DNA of 63,469 nucleotides, the filler included, from Bigelowiella natans CCMP2755 (Eukaryota; Protista; Cercozoa), in NCBI GenBank assembly GCA_000320545.1. It is 5 parts of 5 records of this genome, joined end to end, with 100 filler letters (N's around TTAATTAATTAA, not from the genome) between each part and the next. Parts side by side here need not be neighbours in the genome. Positions count along the whole stretch, not along the records: positions 1 to 30,974 come from ADNK01000137.1; 4 more parts are not named here. One strand, given 5' to 3'. The notes under the pieces are model-generated. The model had not been told where the DNA came from. It did not search any database and saw nothing but the letters and a program-made list of their open reading frames with translations. The translations under genes and the position numbers were made by a program. Shown here piece by piece: positions 13,337-24,248 of this stretch (position 1 is its first letter; the number at the start of each line of letters is the position of its first letter).

Positions 13337-13373
<37 letters not shown>

Positions 13374-16300
13374 GAAGCAAAAACAAGAGAGATCATGTGA
13401 ACAACGATAACCCCGAAAATGTACGCACGTCTATATCCTCCTCCTCCTCCTCCTCCTCCTCCTCCTCGAAGTCCTCTTTATCGTCTCTGCTAGAAGGGGG
13501 TGCACGAATTAAAAGCAAGGAAGGCATGGCAGCAGCAGCAAGAACCCAGACGAAGATAGGAGCGGCGGTAAAGGCGATGACAGGACGTTTCACAGATAGG
13601 GTAGTGCTTCACTACGAGTCTGTGTTGTTAATTTAGCTGCCCCTCCTCATAGTCGTAGTAGTACCGGTGTCAAAACCATATCCTTATCTACCTATATTTC
13701 CTAGTATCAGTAGTAGTTGTAGTAGTACTGGCGTCAATAACTATGCATCATCATTCGTCATTATTTATTATTATTGTAATTATAATAATAATAATAATAA
13801 TAATATGGTTGCTGCAGGCGAATGATATCATTCAGGGGGAACTAGGGGCGATGATGCTCAGTAATACTACCAACAACAGAAAGAGAGAATAGATTCATCG
13901 CTCTGTGTCTCTTTTATATTATAGTGAGAGTAGGCGATGAATAATTTTTTTACGACATGCAACAATAACAACATGCTAACATGATAACAATATGGTAGAT
14001 GGTAACGATGATACCAACACACGATTCTTAGATTATCTTTCTCGCCTCCTCCCTTTCTCCCCCCCCCCCCATCTCTCTCAGGTGGACTTCTAATGTCTAC
14101 TTCTGATATTCTAAAGTGGCGCTTCAAGGAGGCAAGGAAGCAAAAATTGAATAATATTTTATGAATGATGATAATAAGTACGTGATGACTGATGAGGTGC
14201 ATGTAATTGCTCTAAGAAAGATCTTCCTCTCCACCACTAGCAAGCTTAATATCCGATTATTCTTCCTACCAACACTCCTGCCACTACGTCACTACCATCT
14301 CCTCTCTTCCCTCCTCCTCCTCCTCCTCCTCCTCCTCCTCCTCCTCCTCTTCCTCTCTCAATATCTCAAAAAATATGAATAGGCTGTCGTCCCAGCGCTG
14401 GCGGATGAAATAACCTCACACGTCAACCGAGCCCTCCCCCAACAAGTATGTATGAACATTGTTGTTGTTTATGATTCTGGATTACACTCAATTCTCACAC
14501 TTACCGTACTGGTGCATCATCATCATCATCATCATCATAACATAATTTTCGAGCAGGTGTTCCAGCCGACTGTGAATCAGATTGTGGGTGCAGTGACGCC
14601 TCATTTAGCATGGAAACTTACTGATTCTGTCGAAAAATACTCGAAAAAGGCCTTCCCGCCAGAGGTGTATTAGTTACTTTTTTGATTGCTATCATTTAAG
14701 CAGTAGAACATAAAATCCTTTCTCCCTTCCCCCAATCCCCACTCCCCCTGCAAAGAATCACTCTTCTTCTTCTTCTTCTTCTTCTTCTTCTTCTTCTACT
14801 ACTACTACTACCACTACAAAACATTGCTCAGGTAATGCGGCGACTAGTACCGAGCCTCACATCGACGTTGTCCCAGACGCTTCTCCGGAGAATAGACACA
14901 GTAATATACTACAATGGGATATTTTGGTTGCTGCTGCTGCTGCTGATAATGATGATGATGATAGTAGCAAATGGAATAATACACATTATAAATAGTCTTC
15001 TAGATTCGATCTCTCCTCCCCCCCTCTATCTTATTTATATATTTCCTCGTCAATAAATAATAGGAATTCTCTTACGAAGCCTCGTCTCAGCTAGCTCAGC
15101 AGATAGGCCAAACTCTGTGCAAATCTCTCACACAGACATTGGTATGAAAGTAAGATGTGAATGAGGAGGAGGAGGAGGTGGTGGAGTAGGAAGAGGACGG
15201 GAGAAAGAAATTATAATCTAAATAACATCCATAACACAAAGAGTGCAAGCTGCTTGTTTTTCGAAAAAATGTATCTCTTCTTACCATCTACTATGATGAT
15301 TTCTAAGGTTGGAGGACTGGCTCATTCCATGACACGGAACCCGTTAAATGACTACTACTGCTACTATTGTTCAAAGGATAAGGTGATAACCTACTGCTGC
15401 TGCTTCTTTCTCTTACCTAACCCTTGATATGAACATACTATCTGATCCATACATCAGTTGTATTGCGAATACTGCAGCTCGTCACCTTCACAGGTTCTTT
15501 ATTGAAAGAAGGGAAAGGGAAGGAAGAGAGGCATAGATAAACGATAATAAGAAATCAAGCACATTATTGTATCTGTACGTGCGCGCATGTGTATGGTACA
15601 ATCCCATGAATATTACATAACTTGGTTCTTTTTCTTACTACGGTCAGTCGTACTTTGCCTCCTACTATGCCGGCTACTACAGCACGTACTTATGTGGTTA
15701 TTTTGCGGAGTTTGAATCAAAAAGGTTGGACCGCGAGTTGCAGGTTGTTGATGATATTGAGAGAAAATGAGAATATCGTACCTGTCTATTGTTAGTGTAA
15801 TGATATTAGTAGCTGCGACTGCTTTTCATTTTCTCTGGTATAATTGATGAAGGTTGTGTTTAGAATTTGCTTGTATCCATGATATTTTGATGCAATACTT
15901 TCACCCCTCCTCGCCCTTCCCATCTAGCTTGAGAGGCAGAGAATTGATGAGGAAGAACGAGAGATGGCTCAGTTCCAAGTGTTATTTGATGAGGTACTCT
16001 ATATAATCATACCAAAATCAAGATATCAAATGTTGTCTCATCATTCTCACCTTTCTTTTATCTCTTTCCCTCCCCTTCTCTAGAGTGCACAAGAAACGAC
16101 ATCAGATTCCCAACCAAAGAGAGAGCGGGAGATATTTGACACTAAAGTAATTAAAGTTGTAAAAATGCTGTCGTAGAGCCACTCCTTTCGAGTAGTTCCA
16201 CATGCTTGATTGTCTTTAGTAGTAGCAGGAAAGATTATTCCTTCTCTTCCTCCTCATTCTCCATCACCACCTCGTTTTGCTCCTCAGCCTCCTCCTCCAT

Positions 16301-16790
16301 CCTCCTCTCCACATTATTTTGCATTGATAATTTAGAAAATAGTAATTTGTCGTTGTCACACGTACGTCGTCTAAATTTACGGTGTTATTCAGTGTTAATG
16401 AATGATTGCTATGGTGATAAGATTGTTCTCTAACAATAGTCATCATTCCCCCGCCCCCCCCATATTATTGACAGTTTGATCCTCTCTACGACGGTTGGAA
16501 AGTTGAGGTACTATAGTAATAATTGTGTAAACAAGAAAGAAAAAGGCGCGTAGGCGAGAGATGTTCTTACATCTATAATTTACGAGTGTACTTCTTGATC
16601 TACAATCATGATCGAGGCACCGTGCGATACATGCATGGATTCTGTTTTCTGTTCTTGGACGAAACAATATGATGTGAACTCTGTGTGTAGTTCTTTGATT
16701 CAGAACAACAACAATGATAATAATGAGCAGGTTTCTGACCCAAATGCAATCCCAACACTGGTGTTTGATCCAGACCAGTACGTCCTATGA
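11798..16790 (+). CDS. Large secreted protein: low-complexity N-terminal half, helical repeats, CxxC-x7-CxxC and Tyr-rich C-terminal motif
   Basis: Signal-like MAIFDTIWCTWCFIFFRVTNA spliced in frame to the 546-aa ORF, then about 13 small in-frame exons including NPLNDYYCYYCSKDK|LYCEYC..|SYFASYYAGYYSTY. Last exon is VSDPNAIPTLVFDPDQYVL*. Confidence 0.75.
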
Positions 16791-18221
16791 ACAGGGCTGG
16801 CGAAAATAAAATCAACAGTCATGTAGTTTGCATGTGATCAAAATGATTCCCGCGTGGTCATAGTGTCCTTGTGCATCTTTAAGCATGCAGCTGTAGAGCA
16901 CTAGCACAGTAAAGACTAGAAGACTGAATCTAGGAATGACAAACGACAGCATTCACTTGGTGCCGATCTGAGAAATGAATTGGGTGAACTAAGCCTGTCG
17001 CGCGTCCGCTTTTTCAATTATTGATGCACATTGCATTTCGAAATTGACAACGAAAGCTACATCGACCTGTGCTTCTAATTGGCAACATTGCGCTGTGATG
17101 ATGTGTGGAGGAGGCTCACATGCACACATGCATGTGTGACTTGCTAGCTTGAGCAACACGTGATCGCCAAAAAATGAAGGTGCTGCAGCACATCGTTCTA
17201 GCGTTGTTGGGAGGCCACCCTAGCCACTCTGTCACTTGCACTTCACATTGTGGCGGCGTGCAGTCGTCCAGCAGTGTACATGTTGTCAGGATGATTTGGT
17301 GATGAACAACTGCACTCTCCGTGGTTTGCACGGCTAGACGGGGCATGATGATGTGCACGTTGCACGTCATTGAGAGATGAAACGTCCACGTTGAATGGAC
17401 CACAATGGACACATGTAGCTAGACAGTGATGATGAATGTCACATGCACGTTGCTAGGTTGCACGCATTGCATTGCGTTGTCCATGATGACTAGATGATGG
17501 CTGACACGTGGAGGCCACGAAAGCTGGAACGACATGGCACATGCACTGATGTGGGTCTAGGGTCGCAAATTTCAATCCATTGAGTCTCCCGATTGATGAA
17601 ATGGACATGATGCATACACACTGTGGTCCATCACTGTTTCCAGGCACTCAGTGTGTTGTCCATGCATCGTGTTGAGTGTCAAATCATGACAAGTGTTTCA
17701 ACGTTGCAACGCTAGAACGATTTCATTCTTTTTTTCAGAAAATCGAAGAACAATGACAAAGACAATGAACAATGAACAATGATGACAAACTAGACAAAAA
17801 CCAAAATGAAAACGAAAACAAGAACCAGAACACAAGGTGCACGAGTGCCGCCGAAGGAAATTTGCATGCAGGCGCCAACTTCCGGCCCCCCTAGCTAGCT
17901 AGCCTCATCCAGAAGCAGGTCTTCATCAAATCCTCAAGAAGAATCTTTAGGACTGATCCTCAAAGTGTTGTCGCACGATGAAAATCCCATCCATCTCTTG
18001 TTGAATCCTCAGAATCTAATCATGAAACGATTAATTTCCCTCGGCGTTTCGTAATTTGCAACTGAAAATTTAGTCAGTCGATCATCATATTACTTTCTTT
18101 CTTTCCCTCCTCCTCTCGGCACCTCTTCTTATAATGTCACGCCTCGTCTAGTTGATTGTTCGAAGGTGCCATCTGGGATTTCCCAGGGTGTCTCGAAAAG
18201 TGAAAGACAAGACTTTTAGCT

Positions 18222-19738
18222 ATGTCGGATTCAAAGTATCAGCCAATGCTGGACAAAAATGACGTGTCCAACATCGCTGAAAAGATTGAGACTGTAGAGA
18301 TGAAACATGCAATCTCCTTCAGCAGAAAGAAACCTGGAGACTTTCTCCTACCATCCAATATTGCTTTCATCCAGAACATATTTTTCGGGGGAGGGAAGAA
18401 GTTCATTTCATTTCTGGTGGTGAACGTTACGATGGTTGCGTGCTGCCTGATGGGTGTTTTCGCCTTCTGGGTTCCAGGCGTTCAATCCTGCGACGACTCG
18501 GGATTTGGTACATGTAGCAACGCGCAGAGCCAATTATCTACCATACTTTACTTTGTTGGCGCTTTGGCGCTTGTGGTCAACGCAATCTTTGGCTACAATT
18601 ACTGCCTGATGAGGCGGCAGTCCCGTCTGCTCCAGTGGATAATTGCCTACGATTCAAGCTTTTCCGCGAAGGACTTAAAGTCGAAACTTAACAGGATCGG
18701 CTGGTTTAGTATCGTCATATTTTTCGTTAACCTTCTCATATGGCTTTCTATTGCTATTAGCTTCGTTGCGGTTGTGGATCCCCAAGGTAGAATCTTTAGT
18801 AAAATAATTTCACTATCTCATTGTCTTGAACAATGTTAGCTGTATAAATGTTACAATTATGAACCGTATATGAGCAAATATGCACAAATCGTACAAATGC
18901 CAAAAAACAAGAGAACAACTCCTGTTGCATCAATATCAAGCTTCTACACGATTTGACAGTTTCAACAACATTATATGAATATACTGTGGTTGGGTATTAC
19001 TTACGCTGCAAATATATTAAAACAGGATGGGCGTTTATCCCGGGAAACATCGGGTTCTGTTTCAACTATTGCACATCATTTTACCTTTGTGCAATGTGGA
19101 TGTGGGAGAATTGGCTGATGCATAAGGTTGCACAGTGCATGACAAAGAAGTATGTTACAACAAATGCAATACTTGGTTGTGATGGACTGAATGCTGGCAA
19201 CAAGATTTATGAAGTGCTCGAAAAGATGAATCAGGTTTCGAGCGTGTGGACCTTTAATCATATAGCACGCACTGTACTCGTCATCGTCAACGCTACGTGC
19301 CACCTTTTGATTGTGATGCTTTTGTGGGATACAAAAAAGCAAGTGAAGAATTCTGTGGTTCGTTCCGTCCGCAATCTTTTAGATTCCATAATGATTTTGT
19401 TCGCATTGGGCCTTTACTTGTTCGTATTCCTCACGGTATTGTGCCCTGGCTATGTTACGGATGAGCTTTTCTCTAACGTACAGATTAAGCTTGCTGACAT
19501 TGCAGATGCTGATAATCCACAGGATACGTCGATCTTGCAATGTAGACAGGAAAATGTGAGGACAATTGAAAACCGTGCAACTCTTTTGATGATGCGGGTT
19601 GAGATAATGCATGGAAAGCGTGGAATGCACTTCGCCGGACTGCCAATGACAGTGCCGATAGCACTTACTCTCGGGACATTTATCTCGTACCTCGTCTGCG
19701 ACATTGTTTTCCTGCGGGATATAAGTGGATCTTTTTGA
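18222..19738 (+). CDS. 7-TM gustatory-receptor-like (GRL / 7TM ion channel superfamily) protein, about 425 aa, 2 exons
   Basis: A phase-1 intron at 18787-19025 joins the two ORFs. Seven hydrophobic segments and no signal peptide. The C-terminus GMHFAGLPMTVPIALTLGTFISYLVCDIVFL resembles the split TM7 of insect Gr/Or and DUF3537 proteins. Confidence 0.7.
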
Positions 19739-20330
19739 TTTGCGGATCATACATATAGACCGTACTACATACAGCAGGATCAATCTAGCTAACAAGCTCA
19801 CTTACAGCTCTGTTCATTCATCATTATATTGCACATGCACGGTCACGCTTGGCATGCATGTGATGCATCGCATTTGCTAAATGAACCAAGCTTCTACGAG
19901 TCGCTATATGCAAAAGATACAATGAGATCGCACAGCTAGACAGTGTTTTGTGGTGATTTGTACGGTGCGTTCGTTCTATGCTATTGTTAGTACGTACGTA
20001 GTACTAGAGTAGTGCTTGGACGACGCGGCGTGGCCCAGCTAGCCAGCTCTTATACTCTAGAGCTCTGACATGAGCTAGCTAGCTAGATAGAAAACACATG
20101 CATCATCTTTGCATCATCATTATTGTTTATATCGATCTTCTTCGATTCTGTGGCATTACGTAGTACATGCTAGCATATTGGTGAATTTCAAGATCTGCAA
20201 TAAGAGCAATGATTCCCAGCGAGAATGGACGGACATACACGTACTACAATGTGCCACATGGAGGCACCACAATATCACATCGCAGCAGCATTTGGAGGTA
20301 GCATATTCCATTATAGACATGACATGTAAT

Positions 20331-20368
<38 letters not shown>

Positions 20369-20660
20369 GATATTACTGTGTCTATTATTTCCATGATGCA
20401 AAATGCTACTTTAATGGCTTCGTGTTGTCTACCATAGCAACACATACGCATCCCACAGTGCACATTGGTTGCTGAAGTGTGCTTGCTGTTCGCTCATGAG
20501 ACCAATCAATCTCTACGACGATGTATGCTGAGAGGAAGAGCATCTGAGCATTGCATGATCTTTCTGTCTTGACTAGCATAGTTTTATTATATGTGTGCAA
20601 GGAAATATTGCGCCCGTGAATGGATTGATTCGCAATATTCAAATTTTCTTTTCGTGATAA

Positions 20661-20805
20661 TTATGCTTTTTTGACGGCTTTGAGCATTCCGTACTGCATA
20701 AGTCCTTTTTTGAATGCTCTGATGTTACAAACAAGAGAGGGTAAATATCAGCTTCAATTGAAGACTAGTCCTTTAAATAGGTAGATACTTAAGAGTAGAG
20801 GGGAA

Positions 20806-20848
<43 letters not shown>

Positions 20849-21163
20849 TACACACACACACACACAAATGCACACATATTATATGTAAATATGGACACAT
20901 CCTTAAATATGTAGGATTAACTTTCCTCCATTGTTTAAAAGCGTGATCACCTATGCATACGCTCGAGAGTTATTCCATCCCGCAGACACTTCTTCCATGT
21001 CCATGGTTTCCTATCATCATTAGTCATCGTTATGTGGGTGGTATTAGAATAATCATCCGGATCATCTTCAAAGTAACCAGGCAGCTAGCCAGGCAGTAGA
21101 CAGTAAGTAAGTAAGTAAGTAAGTAAGAGTATCTTTATCTCCTCTGTCTTTACCTTTAACCTA

Positions 21164-21217
<54 letters not shown>

Positions 21218-21425
21218 CCCTCAAATAGCATTCGCTATTGGAAATAATTGGCGATAGTAGTACTGCACAACCTGAGTACAATCCAAGGGTCATAAACTCC
21301 CACCCAAATTGAATGCCTCCATGAAGGCAAGGTGTATTTATTCCAGTCGTCACTATCAACCACTTCTAGCTTTCCAGTTGCGCTAAAAATGATGGTAATA
21401 ATTCACTGAGTATGATGATGGAGGG

Positions 21426-21457
<32 letters not shown>

Positions 21458-22631
21458 ACGAAAAAATGAAGAAGAAGAAGAAACTCGTAGGACTTATTAA
21501 AGCGATGACGATCATGATACGTTGCTATGTTTCACAGAATCTCTTTATAGAATAATAAGTTACCGCATGATCTTCTTGTATGTGTTTATCGATACAAAAT
21601 GCGGATGAGCCCATTCATCGTAAAGGAACTGTAGCTCATTTTTCTCCTCCTGTTGATGAGATTATCTTAATTTATGATGATGATGATGATGATGATAATG
21701 ACGCGAGATGATGAATGAATGACACGATTAACAACACTAAAAAATCCCCTTGTGAAAAACAATGATTGTATCCTCAACAGCTAGATACCTGCGAAAATAT
21801 AGGCGGGGAATCTCGTTGGCACCACGTTGCAAATACAAGGACACCTGGTTGTAGGAGCAGATCAATAAAATAAATCTCTGATTGTAAAAATAGCGGTCAT
21901 AGCCATTTCTGTCCAAATGAATGAAGATTTGCATTGCAACTTGTTTCTTCACGAATTACTCTTACTCGGCCATCATATTTTCGCCGCTACCACATGAGAT
22001 CAAGTCAGCGAGGGGCACAAACCTCCTGGCTTCAGCACTCGACTCATCTCTTCTACATACTTCGTTTTTGAAGGCATATGTTCACCTAACAAGTCGTCGT
22101 CAACAGGGAGAGGGATTTGATATTAGTAAAGGATATAAACGTGCGAAATAAATACTGAAAGTATGAATGCGTGAATCATCATCATCTGACTGAAATGACG
22201 TATTGAATACAAGAAAATGGTTTGATGGCTCACCTGACTCAATAGCCCAAACAACATCAAATGAATTGTCGGGGTAATCCATTTTTAGAGCGTCCTTTAG
22301 CTCAAATTGTGCGTTGGGGACCGACTGGATCTCCGCTAACTCCTTGGCCCTTTTAATCTGTGAAGGAAAAAGGCAATAATAATGTTGTCTGAGCAACAGA
22401 CATTGATAATTGTTGATTGAATTGGTTGCAAAGAGGATTAATTGTTTGCTTGCATACAATAGGATGCTGTGGCCACCATCTCACATTATACCTGATTCGG
22501 GCTGATTGTGATTCCCGTTACAGTGCCTCCGTCCTGGAAGTAGTTTTTCGCTGTTGATTGCAACAGAGATTGTAAATTTAGTAGTCGGTAGACATAGAAA
22601 AAAGTAGGTAGTCGTCGTCGTCGTCGTCGTC

Positions 22632-22668
<37 letters not shown>

Positions 22669-23009
22669 AAATAATCTAGGAAAACATGTCGCTTGTTGCT
22701 CCTATGGCCTATTACGTACCGAGATATCGTGTTGCCCCACCGAAGCCACAGCCTACATCAAGAACTTTCTTCGGTCCTGGAGGAAGATCCAAAATCCCAC
22801 TCCTACAAGGACAAGGGTATGTATGTAAGTATTTATGCATGTACGCATCGTGATGACGATGACCACAGAAATGCATACATAAGTCTACTAATGTCATTGC
22901 TTACCATTCGACCATCTTATCAATAAAATCGTATTTTGCCCCAATAAAGTTCTTCCTCTTGTAACCTTTCTTGATCTCCTCAGGGGTATAATACCTTTTG
23001 CATATATCG

Positions 23010-23065
<56 letters not shown>

Positions 23066-23637
23066 TGCACAGATATGAATTTATGCTGCATCCAAGTTAA
23101 ATAAGATATTGTGTTGGGATTATTACCCCAGATGGATATGCTCTCCCCAGTAGTGCTCTAATATCCCATCTGCTGTCCATGCATCATACTCGTTGGCAAC
23201 CTACGAGGATATGTGACGAGGTAAGTGAAGTGGCTTTGCCATGCAACAATAATCCGCGCTACCGTGTTTCCTGTTTCGTACTTGCGCGAGCCCTTTGGAA
23301 ATAGTCTCTGGTAAAGCTTTCCGACAACTCCAAATTTATCTGATCGGCGTGTTGTCTCTGTTGATCGAACTTGTACCTCACGCATGGGAGAAGTTGTTAC
23401 AGGATTGATCCTCCTCGGAGCAGTAGCAAACTTGGTGGTGGCTGGTGCTGCTGCGTTGTTCCTGTTTATTGATCTTTGCTGTATCCCCCTCGCTACTTCT
23501 GGCTCCGATAAAGATTGCAAAAGAATAAATCCTACAAGACAAACCAGTAGAACGGCAGAAAGAATGCCACAGCGCGCGTGGTTAGCGGTGCATCGACCCT
23601 CTTTTACACGGAAGAGGGGGGGACGACGGGCAGCCAT
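20661..23637 (-). CDS. Plastid-targeted SAM methyltransferase, cyanobacterial-type MPBQ/MSBQ methyltransferase (gamma-TMT superfamily)
   Basis: Exons give VANEYDAWTADGILEHYWGEHIHLG, AKYDFIDKM, VLDVGCGFGG, FDVVWAIESGEHMP, LPSWRHSIWVG, AFKKGLMQYGMLKAVKKA*. The N-terminus has a hydrophobic signal followed by an Arg/Ala/Thr-rich transit-like peptide. Confidence 0.85.
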
Positions 23638-24248
23638 TGTATTGTTTATGATGAATATCAAGGTCGTTTTCCCCTTAAAATCGGCCGAATATCCAAAATT
23701 ACACAAAAATCCCAGTACTAATTTCAACTCCAAATATACCGTTTTTTGCATTCTATAATTGTCGCAGGTCAGAAAGTACTTAACTCTTTCCAAAGTGTAC
23801 ATTGGGCGACGCGGCAAGAGAAATGTGCCGACCTTCAGGATTTAGGGCAACTATTCCATTGCATATACATCGAAAGGAACGGGAATTTTGATAATAAAAC
23901 AGTGTACACGTGGCATAACGCAACGCATGAAAGAGTATCACAAAATAGTAGTAAAGAAAGCCTTTGCGTAGGTACGACTAAGGATTCAAGCAAAGATTGT
24001 GCTCTAATCCTACACTCATCATAAAGAAAAAGACAAGGCTTTGGCTGGAATTCTGATGAATTCGGTCACCTATTTATGAGAAAGAGATAGTATGTTTTGG
24101 TTGACGTATAAATATAATTGCTTTGGTTTTAAGCGATCAGGAAGAATTCTGTCCAAAAGAAGATCTGAAGCAGCCACGAGGACTAGACCCTAACCCTCCC
24201 CTTACCCTCCCAAAACCAACACGTCGTGACTGACCGAATAAAACTAAT

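Noticed and set aside
24187-24198. accctaaccctc telomere-like motif upstream of ACLY
   Set aside because: It is under two repeat units in a C-rich region and cannot be distinguished from chance.
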